Below are positions 34,882 through 48,519 of a stretch of 64,000 bases of DNA, piece by piece. A program made the position numbers and the translations under genes. Numbering within the stretch: the stretch's first letter is position 1; every line of letters starts with the position of its first letter. Where the stretch lies: contig CM075986.1 in the NCBI GenBank assembly GCA_038087875.1, positions 13,206,001 through 13,270,000 of the forward strand, given 5' to 3'. The notes below the pieces were generated by a model. That model was not told where the DNA came from, did not search any database, and was given only the letters and a program-made list of their open reading frames with translations. This DNA comes from Malacoraja senta (Eukaryota).

Positions 34882-37800
34882 ATTATACTACCCCGTTTTC
34901 ATGTGCCATATCTCAGGAAAGCAAAATGATGATCCCAGTGCCAAAAACCGCAGCCCGAAAATGTAATCTGTAGCCCTGTTCCATATCGTCAGCCTTCACT
35001 GACGTAAATTGGAAGGTTCTGCTAAATTGTTACTAAAATACCAAGTTTGAGAGAGACAGCAAGGCGTATAATTCAACCATTGTGTTATTTATTCCGTTAC
35101 ACTACAATGAGATTCACTTTAACCGAATTTGGTAAAAAGGATTGGCATTCTGCTGCAGCACTGAAGAGGGAGGGAAAAGCAGGAATAAGACCAAAGCAAA
35201 CAATGGTATGTATGGTGTTAGTATACTCTTTTCCAAGAATGCACAAGGTCTGACAGGTTTATGCATCATGTAAACAGAAAATGAAACTCGGGTTGGATAC
35301 CCACGGGTGCAATTGGTCAGAGGATTAAAGTTGCTGCCCCAGCAACACCTGCTTACAAGTCGTGTAGCACCGAAACAGGCCTTTCGGTCTAACTCATCCA
35401 TGCCAACCAAGATACCCCATCTAAGCTAGTCCCATTTGGTCCTTATCCCTCCACCCCTTTCCTATTTGTACCTGTCTAAATGTCTTTTAAATGTTCTTTA
35501 TAATACAAGCCTTAACTACTTCCTATGGCAACATTGAACATATACCTACCCCCTGTACACAAAGTAGTGGGATATGCTGAGATTATAGAGAGATCTGTTA
35601 AATATGGATAAATGAGCAAGTTCAAAAAGTTTTTTTTTTTAAAGCTATAGCTTTTATTTACAAACCAGAGTACACAAAAGTACATGTTGAACAATTATAA
35701 TGAGCAGCCTTGGTTAAAAAAACAGAAATTGGTGGAAACATTCAGCAGATCAATCAGCATCTGTGGAAAGATAAATGGTAGTACGAGGTGAAGGCCCACC
35801 AACACAGATGGTGGATGTAGTAGTTGGGCAGCACAGAAGTGTTCATACAGTAAGTGTTCATCAGTAGATGCTGTCTCATAAATCCAGTGACAAGTACAAT
35901 TCTGAGCTTGTTCTGTCTATGGAGTGTGGATATTCCTCAAGACTGCAATCCTCCAGATGTTCCAATGTCCTTCCACATCCCAAAATGTGCATGTTGGCAC
36001 CCTGCTTGGCCAATATAAATTGCCCCTCATGCAGGATCCAAGGCAGATGGAGTTGATGGGAATGTGGGGAGTGTGAAAGGATTAGGGGAAATGGGTGGTT
36101 GGTCACCATGGGCTTGGTGAGCTGAAAGGCCCATTTCCTTGCGGCATTTCACTAAGACTTAATGACCCTTTGTCATATTTGGCCACAACAGTATTAGTGT
36201 CCAGATCCGAGTAGCACATACTGTAAACTGATTTTACAGAGGGATACCAGAGAATACAGAATTATATAAGACAGTCCTATTATTTTCCTTGAGCAGCTCA
36301 AAATCCATTAGTATTCTTTCCTAGTGTTTTTTTAAACCATCTATGCAATTTCCATTTTAAGAGACATCTTGGTCATTTTGCCCAACTATTTCCTGCAGCA
36401 AATATACTTCACACTAATTTTACCTAATTTGTCTCTGCATATTCTGTGATCATTTTAGATCAATATTCTATATCACAATCACCAACCAAAGAGGTACATA
36501 CGCAGTACATATGAAAACTCTATTTAATCTTGCCTGCTTGGCTGGCTGTCAAATAGCTGAAAGACTTTTATATGGGAGCAAGGAGTTTGTATTTAGGTTC
36601 TTCTGTGTGCTGTTATACACCCTGTTAGGGCACCGCCATTTCAGTAGCGATTCTGTGCATCTGGGCAGGTAACTGAAGGGGTAATATCTGTCAAGCATCC
36701 AATTAGTCCCGCACCACTCAATTTCTAAGTGTTTGTTGATTTCATCTCAAATCACAGAACGGACACATTTTCTCAAACTAAACATAATATTTAACCTCAA
36801 GTCAATTTGATAAGATTACGATATTTTGAATGGAGGTTACAACCCTTCTCTGCCCCGAGTTAAAAGGCCCATTGCAAATATAAATTCATTATTAATACGA
36901 TTGTTAGTGCTGCAAAAAAAATCCAAAAATTGAATGGGATGGACTACTAATTTTTGAACATGTGCAAGTAGCATTTTGACGCAACCTTGCTAAACAGCTG
37001 AGCTAGTGAGGAAAATCAAGAATTCTGGAAACAAAAGCAATGGCTTATTGAATCCTTCTGTGTTGCAGCTTGCCGCCACAACTCTATTGCTGGTTACTTC
37101 CTCAAGTTTGCTTTGTGAATCTTTCCAAGGTTTCAAACAGGGTTTATCAGTTTAATTTCCAAGAAAAAAAATCCAACACTCAACCATTCACGACCTGAGG
37201 CTTAGGGAAGATAGGGTGGGGTTGTGAAATGTCCATGTCCTGACATGTTGTAAAAAGATAACTGAATGCATGCATCAGTTTACCATCCACTGTAAACAAT
37301 GGAATTATTAATGGAACAGATATGTCTTGAGCTCCAATGGGTCAATGGTAAGAGATACTAAACAACTATTCTTTTGAACAGGCCTGCAATACGAGTCCCA
37401 TCTTCTCTACCCCCCCATCCCCCCAAACCCCATCTAACCAATTAAATTTGTTTATTATGGTTCTTACCGCAAAGGACTTGAGCAATACTCTGGTCATTAA
37501 AACTCTGCTAGTGGAAACTTGCATGCAAATTGGCTGCTAAAGTTCCTACATTACAATACTTCACCACATTTCAATAGCTGTTGAATGCAAAGGATGTCAG
37601 GATCTTGGAAGGTTTAAGTCTCTGTGCTGTGCCCAAAAAGGCAATGTTGATTTTGTTTTATAGGCAATGTTACAATGTGTAAAGGAGACACAGTTTAAAT
37701 AGTTAAACATTTAACCAAAGGTTGTTTTCTTTTTCAAAAAGATTATGGTAATGCAAATTTATATATAAGGATTCAAAAGGGACGAACGGGAGATTATTTT

Positions 37801-40800
37801 AACCAGAAATTTTATCAAAGCTAAAGAAACAAATGATGGTTATCAAATCATAGAATTACAGAAACATGCAGCACAGAAACAGGCCCATCTCTTTCACGCT
37901 AAACGTGATTTCCATCTACACTAATCTCATAGTATACTTATATTCCTTTATGCATTTTCAATCCAAGTACCTGTCCATATACTTTCAAACATTGTATTCG
38001 TATCTGCTTCACCGCCTCTTCTGGCAGTACATTCATGATATTCACCAACTCCCTGTGGAAAAACTTACCCATGAAATGTCTTACATTTTTCACCTTAAAT
38101 TTGTCCGAGTCTCTAGAGAAAATACTTTGATCATGTACTCTGTCTCATTTTTATCAACGTCTAAGGTCACCCATCAGCCTCCAACATTCCCCTTTGGAAT
38201 GACTCTTCTCCTCCCCCCCCATCAGACCGCTGAAGATTCCCAACCCGAAATGTTGATGCCCATCTTGCAATTCAGAAGTGTCAACAAAAAGTAAAGCACC
38301 TATCACCAATCTACAATTAAAGTAATCAGTTAATCTATCAGCCTATTGTAATGTGGGAGGAAGGTGGAGCATCAGAGCAACACCCAATCACAGGAGGATG
38401 TTGAGGCTTTGGTCAGGGTGCAGAAGAGGTTCATCAGGATGCTGCCTTGAAAAGAGGGCATTAGGTACAAGAGGTTGGACAAACCTGGATGGCATTCATT
38501 TGGCAGACTTCCAGTCAGAATAACACCACTCTACTTCCGGTCTTCTGTACTCAGGCCAATTTTGAATCCATTCTACCAAGTCTCCATTAATCCCAGAATG
38601 AGTCTCCATGAATGAGCAAAGCCAAAGTAATCCTTAAGATTCATCTACATACAATGGGCCTCAAATGCCAAATCAAATGAACGTACTTAACATACCAGTC
38701 ATTTATTCAAAGAGTTAAGCATTACTTAACATTAGATGCAGAGGCTAGCTCGAGTGGACTAAATGGAGATTCACCAGCATATTGACTGGAATGGAGCAGT
38801 TCAGTTATGAGAAGAGATTAGCGAAACAAGATCTGTCCTCCCTGGAGCAGAGATAATTAATAGGTGACTTGGTCAAGGTATATAAAAATCATAACTCATA
38901 AGTATAGACACAATAGTCTGCAGGAAGCTTTCCCTCCCAGTTAAATAAAATTGAAGATATGGATTTATAGTAAGGAAGGGATTTAGTGGGGACACGAGGG
39001 GGATCATCCAGAGTGGCCAAATAGCTAGAATGTATTGCTTGAGTGAGTGATTGAAGCTCGGTCTGTGACAGCAACTAAGTATCAAGATGAGCACTTGAAT
39101 TGCTTTGGCATAGGTTTTAGATCAAGTGCTGTGAGATGAGATTAATACGGGAGGGCGTTAATAGGGAGTGTCCACTGGTCGATATGGATGAGTTTGGTTG
39201 AATGGCCTGTATGCTGTACGATTCTCCGATTCCAAATTTACCTCGGATGAAGGCAAATCATGTGATAAAGACCTATGAATTTTACTAACACTTGAAAAGA
39301 CGACATTGGAACTGTGAAGAACAATGGTTAGGATTTATAAACACAAAGATGGCCCATTGAAGGCTCTCTTAAAAATAATACTAGTTTCAATCACCAAGAG
39401 TAGCATGCACATGACAACTTTTTAGAAAAAAAACATAAAACATTCAATCATCACCCTGTCCAACTCTCACCAAAACAAGCGAAAATAAAATGAATACTAC
39501 AATACAACTTAAAGGCAACTTAAGACAGAACTATTTAGTAGAATGGTAGAGGAAAGTCAACTGCCATCCCAAAAGAGAAAAATGGACCACCTCTGCAGAA
39601 TGGAAACAGAAGAACTGTTTGGTCAAGAGTACAAGCGCGGCATGCTCTCACTTCTGGTTCATATCTGAAGAAGAAACTATTATTTAGTAATGAGTATACC
39701 AACAACTCAATATGAACATCATACAAGTTGCTAGGCATTCAGATAATTAAAAACTCTTAAAATGCACCAGATCAAAGATGGAGTTTATTAATTGTGGAAA
39801 TGTCAACATGTCCTCAACATCATCCAATATTTCAGATATAATAAATATATTAAAAGAGGTGCAGTTAATGGAAGAGATCATGCACAAAAATCCACACATT
39901 CTAAGTCAGATCAATCAAATGTAGCACCATGAAAACTGCATTCAAGCTTAAAAACCCTCCCAATAATATATACAAGATACACCTGCACCAAACTATAAAT
40001 TACTTGGTGATCACTACAAACAGCAAATCATTGAAGCAGCTTTAGCAAACAAAAATCTTTAAAAGTCTACTTAATCTTGATTTGTTATATAACAAATCAT
40101 GAATCAATTGGATTGGATTATTAAAGAATCAGATACTAGAGTACAAAATTAGCTGTGAAGTAACAATAATTTTTCTTTGGGATAATGAAGCTTCTCAAGA
40201 CGTACACATCTTACCTCTCCTAACATTATCAATTCATACAATTCCTGGTTATGGTGTGTAAATCTGGAAGCAAGCAAGAGCATTGTGTTTGAGGCACTGA
40301 AGTTCAATGTACTTGCTCCTGGTAGTTTTTGACTAAATATCCTACTATTCCATTGCGCACTGAGGCGAGGGTCCCAAAACCAGTAACCACACCGCATGCT
40401 GCAAGTGATAATATGGTAGAACTGAATGCCACTCTTGGGAAGGTGCGGAAATGCAGTTCTCTTTATATCCCGTCATTCAGTCAGGAACGCTATAAAGGAT
40501 TAGAATCAGTTAAAGTTATTGCTGATTTTGCAGATTCATTTTTGAAACGTGGAGCAATCATTGTCACACAAGTGTGCTCCAAAAAGTAAACTGATCATAC
40601 TGGCAGTAGTTTGCGTGAATTAAAGCAGTTTACATCAAAACATCAAAAATTACTTATCTCACAGTGGGAAGCAAATCACTTACTGCAATAAAATTACCGA
40701 GAGAGAAAAAAAACAAGACCATGTTGACGTAACCTTCAGTCATTCAGTGTAACTAGCTGGAAACAATTTATCTTTTGCTTTTGACATTATAAAAGCAACC

Positions 40801-41574
40801 AACACTTTGTGATATTAACATAATCCAATTGCATTCCACATCTACAGTTAAGACTGCAGATAGAACATTGTGTTCTGAATCAATCCAGCAGCTTATAAAT
40901 GAAATCTAGAAATTAATTTCCAGAATCTTATGCAACTGAATACATTTTGTGCTACTATAAATAATTATGGACGGAAGGTCCAGTTGCAACTGAGTAACAT
41001 GCAGGTTCTATCCTAGCTAATTCCAAAAGGAGCCTAGTGACCCTGCACAATGTCACTAAGTATGTGTCATACTCTAGTGACCATGAAAACTAGGTTTAAA
41101 TCTACTTCAAATTACTAGCCTTTTAAAAACTTCTGGATCCTTCTTTGAAAATATTTCCTTTCCCCATTTACGAATTTTACTGGCCGAAAGTGGTAGTGAA
41201 TTCAAAAAGGCGACTCCAGCAGGTTTTTGTGCAAATCTCCTCCTTTAAGATACTGATTTAACATTTGTAACTTAGTTTTATCCAACTCCACACACATTTC
41301 AGCAAATAAATTTACAGTGCCAATACTGATGTTCGAAAAGAAATATTCTTTCTCCTCTTCCCCACCCACCCATCTCCCCAAGAAATTCAGATGCTGAAAA
41401 TATGTATGCTACCAACAACTCATCTGTAACATTTCTAGTTAAAATATTTAAACATCTGTGGAAAAGCAAAGATAATATTCTTTAGTATCCAGGAGTTCCA
41501 GTAATTAAATTAGGTTTTGTACTTTTTCTCCTTGCTAACTTAGAAATTTTTTAAAAAAGCACACACACTTTGAA

Positions 41575-42073
41575 AAAAAAGTTTTCTTCTTTATTTATGA
41601 ACTCATCTGAACATCAGATATACCTGATAATTGTTGGTTAGCGAGAACCTTTTGTACATTTGATATTGATGGCAAGAACCAAAACAGTGACGGCATGTTT
41701 AGGAAACTGTTGGAAAACAAGTCAGGTCAAAAGCAGTATGATGTCAGCCAGGTCCATAGAGACAGTGTGGGTCAATGGTCAACCAAAAACCTCCGGGTCT
41801 AACAAAGCAAGGGTTTAGTTGAATCCCCAAGAGAATGACGAGTAGGACAAAATTTGACAAAAGGATTTTTTAAAAATGTCATGCCACCCCCTGACAATCT
41901 GCTGGGCAAAGGCTACATCAAACTGGAACAAACTTGTTCTGAACAGAATGAGTTTGACAAGGGATTTAAAAACTTTCAGATTGAAAGTAGGACACACTGA
42001 AAAAATCCTAGCATTTCTCCAAGCTCCACTCTCTTCTGTCACACACTCCAACTCTCCGGATCAAAGTCGTTCT
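41575..42073 (-). other. PSMD11: Probable 3'-UTR-only terminal exon of PSMD11
   Basis: Acceptor TTGTTTTCCTTCAACAG ending at 42074; AATAAA at 41590-41595 followed by a U/GU-rich tract; donor immediately after the stop codon at 46211. Confidence 0.7.
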
Positions 42074-42696
42074 CTGTTGAAGGAAAACAAATATCTGAAC
42101 ATATTTTGCTAAAACTGAAGAATAGCTAGTCTGACAATGAAAGCAAATGTTTATAAGTTTGCATAGATTTTAAAAATCTATGCAATCTTCTACAAAGTAC
42201 TGAAGAAGAGCTCTATATCATGGTGGACCCAGAACTTGAGGTAGAGGGGTGTAAAGGCAAAGCCTGTTAAGACTGATTGTTGTCAGAATAGAGGTGGGGG
42301 GGTAAAAACACAAGATGGAAGAACTCTATGCCATGGCATTACATTGTGGCGTCTGAAGAGTCTTGGCCTGAAACGTCAACTATCCATTTTCTCCATGGAT
42401 GCTGCCTGACCTGCTGAGTTACTCCAGCACTTTGTGTCCTTTTAACCATTACAGGTTTTAACCATTACAGGCATGCCTTACAGGTTTTGACGGGAATTTT
42501 TTTTTTTTAATTGAAAATTGGTACTGTTAATGCCTATTTGAAATAATACTACGTATCAATGTAAAACTATGCAAGCCAAGTAACCGTCAAATTCAACCGT
42601 TGACCAGAAGATTTTAAAAATGTTATACGAAACTGAATGTCCAGTACAGCAGGTAAGTGACAGACTAAAATATAAATGCATGGATTGATTTAGAAT

Positions 42697-42793
42697 AATT
42701 TGTGAGCAGGGAGTCTTGAGCTGGAATCTTGTAGGTGTATTATGCATGTGTGCACATACAAGATACTAACTCAAGACTCCCTGCTCAAAAATT
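42697..42793. other. Long stem-loop (inverted repeat) in the last PSMD11 intron
   Basis: 18-bp perfect arms 42703-42720 / 42770-42787 plus a 19-bp imperfect inner stem and 11-nt loop. Confidence 0.85.
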
Positions 42794-45700
42794 CTGCTTA
42801 AGATTTGACGGTGGCCTGTGTACATGCTCAAATTCAGTTTGAAATGAAACAAGCAGGCCCCTGGATCTTGGCAAATGTAATTGTGCATAAAATTGGAATG
42901 CTAGACAAAGTGAACAGGAAGGAGGCCGTTAACGTGTATATAGATTTAGGTTTATAGAAAGTATTAAAGGCGAAATGAGGAAGTTTATTTTCTAGATGGC
43001 AGTGGAGGCCAAGTCAATGGATATTTTTATGGCGGAGATTACCATATTTTTGATTAGTAACGGTGTCAGGGGTTATAGGGCAAAGGCAGGAGAATGGGGT
43101 TGAGAAGGAAAGATTAGATCATCCATGATTGAATAGCGGTGGACTTGATGGGCCGAATGGCCTTATCGTGCTCCTATAACTTATGAACTTATTTTCACTC
43201 AGAATGGTTTAACCCTGCGGGCTGGATGATAGAGACACAATTAAAAAGTAATGGATAGACAACTGAAGAGCCAGAAACCACAAGACTGCTGACAAAGCCA
43301 GAAAGCAGGATTAGCAGAAAAACCTATTGGCTAGTTTGGACATTGGTCTTTCTCTGCTGTAAAAACCAAGGTTGAGCAGTATTCTTTCACTTACCGATAG
43401 TTATGAATGGAAATGTCACAGTAGAAATTTGACAGGATAATTACATTTATTTCCAAGGTTTAAAACTATGGATGAGAATCAATGGGCTTTATCACAAAAA
43501 TAATAATGTTGATAGTGGTCCACAATAGCTTTTACAGCTGTCTACGTAAAGACTATACAATCTTGCTACTGAGTAATTTTTTTAAGTAAAAAATATTTCT
43601 TTGTCAGCCAACCCCTACTACAAATGTTGCTGTGGACAATTTCAAAGAGTGACAGTCATCCAACAACCCACACTCGAAGTTCACAGTTAGTTTTAGTTGA
43701 AAACGTCTCCAATTTTAATCTAAATCTGTAGCGTGTCTTCAAAGTCAGAAAACCCCCACATTATCCACTGTCACTTAGTACTAATATAAAATTAATATTT
43801 TCAATTTACTGCTATAATTCTAGGAAAAATTTACGTACTGCAATGCAGTTAAAATGATCATTGGAATGCTTGAAAAGGTACTCCATCATATCAGTTTATG
43901 CAAAACATTGGTTCAAAATACAAGCTTGGTATAGAATCCGAGCTCAAAAATAAGTTGGGTCACAGAACTTTAAATTAAAAACTGATAACTGTATTAGTTC
44001 CAATCTTCTGCTACATGCAACAGTGAGAATAAATACTGCAAATGAGGTTTTTCCCCAATATAACATTACAAGAGTAATTAGTTCCTGGGCAATAAAACTT
44101 AACGATTGGCAGAATTCTGGCAAGCATTTTTCCAGAAGCTTTCAACCAAAGAGTAGCAATCAACTAAGATCAAGTGATTGGATGGCAGAATGGCGCAGCT
44201 AGCTGAGCTGTTGTGTGGCATTTGCATGATCTCTCTGTGAATGCATGGGTTTCCCCCACATCCTAAAGACTTGCAGTTTCCCCCACATCCTAAAGACTTA
44301 CAATTGACCACTGTAAATTGTCCCATGTATAGCGAGGTGTAGAATCTGGGGGACGATGAAAATGTGGGAAGTATTTAAAAAAATGGGATTAATGTATGAT
44401 TAGTTTAAGTGGACAGTTGATGGCCAGTGTGGATTTGATAGGTCAAAGTGCCCCTTTTCATGCTTTAACTCTGGCAAGGACAAATTTTTAGGATGGAATA
44501 ATTTCACAAAAAAAGTTTTGATAAAAAGTTCATTCATAAATCTACAAATAATGGCCATTTTTCTTGATATTATCATCAAAGAGGTCAGTTGAGAAACAGA
44601 GGGGAAAAAAAACAAATACAATTGGGTTTTAATACATAGAGGTTGTTACTTCAAAAAGGAAAAATGTATTCTGCACTACCAAGTAACAATTATTTACATA
44701 AATCTTTTTCATGGCCATGAAAATTTAAGTTGGTGGAAAATGGTCATATCATGTTTCCATCTTCGTAATGCAAACAGAAAATGCCGGAACGCTCAAAAGA
44801 CCAGGCAGAATCTGCGAAAAGAGACATTTGACGTTTCATTCCAGGTTCCTTCAGAACCTCTGCAGCTTTTTAATTTCCATTTTGGGATTTTGTTTGATCT
44901 GTGGAAAAAATGACTGATCTACACTAACCAAAAACATTACAACAGTTGACAAAAATATTCTATTGAACATAAAGAAGTGGAAAAAAAATCATCCCTACAT
45001 AACAAGTAAATTAGGTTCTATTTCAGTCAGAATAGGAAAATATACAAGGATTGTGAATGATTTTAATCACCGATTTCTTCAATCTTCACTAAAGGGGGAT
45101 ATTTTGGAAAAAGGTCAGCAATCATATAAAGCAATAAAATTAATTTACTTTAATGAGCTGTGCATGAACAATGGTCTCCCTTACAAACAAAGTAAGCCAC
45201 CATGAAAGTATGGTTTAAAAAGTGTTCCAATAAATCAGCCATGGGAACATTTTGTTTGAAAATATTTCAGACTTTGAACTGGCCAGGTGATCCAAAGGGG
45301 CCCAAAACATTTTAAAAAAAGGATCACGATGGAGTGTTTTTACAATTCCTAATGAATCTAGAATTAAGTATTTTGCATTCACTATGTGCATAACTTCATT
45401 TAAAAAAACTAGCAATTCAAATAGAAAAGTGATCTTTGCAATGTTCATTTCATTCAGTACTAATATGAATAATTTTGCCAGTAAAGGGCCAAATAATTTT
45501 GCCAGTAAAGGGCCAACTACATTGTGTCTTAAAAATGTTAAATAATTCTTGAAAGCTACACAAGGATCCATCATTAATGGATCTTGATGCTCATCAATTA
45601 CTTCTCAGAAGACTCCCTTGCTGGACATAGACAATTGAAAGGGAGATAAAGAAGCAAATACCACTCCATGAATTGCAGCTCAGCACCTTTTTTGAGAAGC

Positions 45701-46211
45701 AAGAAATCTATTGATCATCCAAAACAAGTAGTCATGAAGTGAAAATTAAAAGTAATCGCAACAAGGCAAGAGCAAGCTTTAAATTGACAAAAGGCAAGAA
45801 CATAGGCTTTAATTTGATTAAGGCAAACAGACATAAATGTTCTTTATTTTAAAGATTTGAGTTCTGTCTCCATGAAATATAAATCAACGAAACACCAAAT
45901 GTGCAGCAATTTGAGAAGTAAAGACCCAAGGTTGGCTTTGATTAGATTTCCTGTGACACAGATCATAGAGGTTGAGACATTAACCTCGGGCACTGCAGTT
46001 ATTGTTAGTCAAATGCACATTTACATAGAGACAAGTTTGCAAATAATTTCCAAAATAAATGCAAGTACACAAATTTATAATTGGTGTCCATACTAATGTA
46101 TTGTCTTGAGTATCAAAGGCTACGGATATTGTCACATGAATGTTGTTTATATCAACTGTCCCCAAAATTTTTTGTTTAGGTACTCTGTTCCTTTCATTAC
46201 ATTACACCTAC

Positions 46212-46403
<192 letters not shown>

Positions 46404-46737
46404 TTAAACATATTTTAATTTATCATATTTTAATTCTACTGCCTAAATGCAGGTTTTTTTCTACATCTAAGCAAGCATCAAATAAAATCACAAAAAAAAT
46501 CTGTTTGACCATGACGTTTACCCACAAGGAAATATACTGCTTCATCAAGATATCCAATTTTAAATGGCTAGTGTGGTTAGACTAAGTTGTATCAATTCTA
46601 TGGAAAATATGTTTGGTTACTGATTGATTCAATATGATGTGCAGAAACAACGATGATTTTTATAAGCACACATAGAACTGTTATAAACTACGATTTAACT
46701 TCTCATTTGCTTAGCACTGACACTGCTCTACACTTAC

Positions 46738-46789
46738 CATGAAACTTCTTATCCAAGATCATTTGGGAGAGTTTTCTTTCCACGTCACC
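46738..46789 (-). CDS. PSMD11: PSMD11 coding exon (52 bp)
   Basis: TAG| GDVERKLSQMILDKKFH(G) |GTAAGT; phase consistent. Confidence 0.97.
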
Positions 46790-46802
46790 CTAAAATAACA
46801 GT

Positions 46803-47450
46803 ATCAAGTCAAGTCACATTTATTTATATAGCACATTTAAAAAACAACTCTCGTTGGCCAAAGTGCTTTACATTTGTTATAAGAATAGCACAAACAAAAC
46901 AAACTACATACATATATACATGTAGCCCTCACTCAGAGGACGTCAGGAAAGGCTTGGGAGTATAGATAAGTTTTTAGTCTTGACTTAAAAGAGTCGATTG
47001 AGGGGGAAGTTCTGATGGGAAAGGGGATGCTGTTCCACAGTCTAGGAGCTGCAGCCGCAAAGGCGCAGTCGCCCCTGAGCTTATGCCCAGACCACGGGAT
47101 ATTCAGCAACCCCAAGTCGGCCGATCTGAGGGACCTGGAGGTGGAGTGGTGGTTGAGAAGACTTTTAATGTAGGTGGGGGCAAGCCCATTGAGGGCTTTG
47201 TAGACAGAGGAGGATCTTGAAATTTATACGGAACCGCACAGGGAGCCAGTGGAGAGAGGCGAGGATCGGGGTGATGTGGTCCCTTTTTCAGGTGCCCGTC
47301 AGGAGTCTTGCTGCGGCGTTTTGGACCAGTTGCAGGCGGGACAGGGAAGATTGGCTGATGCCAGAGTAAAGGGAGTTGCAGTAATCTAGGCGGGAGGAGA
47401 TAAATGTGTGGATGATCTTTTCGAGGTCATCAAACTGGAGGAATTGTTTA
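46803..47450 (-). mobile_element. L2 LINE 3' end
   Basis: SSRLDYCNSL..LQLVQNAAARLLT..HITPILASLHWLPV..AFAAAAPRLWNSIP..FKSRLKTYLY; tail ATAAATAAATGTGACTTGACTTGA. Confidence 0.9.
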
Positions 47451-47884
47451 ACACCAGTATGGTGTTATAATCTAGTTCAATATTAAACGTATCCAGCGAC
47501 AACCATGATACTTTAGCAACATTTTCAGGGGTTAAAATAAATCCCACAATTCTGTTCTGCATTCCATAATTGATCTTTTACGATTCCACTTTCTTCTAGC
47601 CTCACATCCTTCAGTTCCCTTAATATCCAACAAGTTTTTCGATCTGCGTTTGAATATACTCAGCGATTGAGCCAACACAGTTCGGTTTTCTTTACTTCTA
47701 GGTTTAACTGAAACTGAAATGGAATTTTAAATTCAGTCAATAAATCTGTCAATGACAGATTGGGAAGATCAGTAGCTTGACGATAATACTTTTGTTAACT
47801 TCATGGGCGGTCAAGTTTTGCAAATAGGACAGAAGTTATTTTCGACCATCAATCCGAAGGATAAATAGCCTTTAAATTATTCAA

Positions 47885-48519
47885 GGTATCCCTGAATTAA
47901 ACGTGTATCAGAAGAATTTATTCAATTACGGGCTAATAATGGGAAAAAAGCTCATACTTAAATTCTGGAAAAATGCGCCCACACCAACAATAAAAATGTG
48001 GACATCAAATATGTTTGAAACATTACATCTGGAAGAGATGAGATTCCTCTTAGCAGGTAAAGCAGACCAATTCCAAAAGACGTGGTCTACGTTTCTAGAC
48101 CTATTACAAGCATGAGGTGCAATAGTAATTTTAAAAATAAATAAATAAATAAATGGTATCAGGACCTGGTAATGGGAGGTAAAGCAACAAAAACAGACTT
48201 GGTTGGTAGTCCCCTTTCTGCGGAGTATAATGTCATAATAGAGCGATTGTTCCTACTTTCTTTTTCTTTCTTTTCTAGGGTCTACTTTCTTACTTTACTT
48301 CCTTCTCTAACTTCTTTTCTAAGGGGCTTTCTTTTCCCAACACTCTCTTGCACTTCACGACTCTTGCGCACTTTCTTTACTTTCCTTACTTCTATCTTTT
48401 TCTTAAAGCTCAAAAAAATGAAGCGGTACAAAAAATGTATTAAGATATATGTGTTGTGTATTACTGTAATTTACCGTACTTCTAATAAAAATAATTAAAA
48501 AATAAAAATAAAAATAAAA
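47885..48519 (+). mobile_element. L1-clade LINE 3' end (5'-truncated) with A-rich tail
   Basis: KKLILKFWK..PT...W......LE..........F...W..F C-terminus, T-rich UTR, (AAAAAT)n tail 48484-48520; possible ATTCAA TSD (47879-47884 / 48520-48525). Confidence 0.75.

Noticed and set aside
45468-45515. Exact 24-bp tandem duplication (similar short ones at ~21693, ~30982, ~42441, ~44250)
   Set aside because: Ordinary slippage or repair duplications with no sign of function
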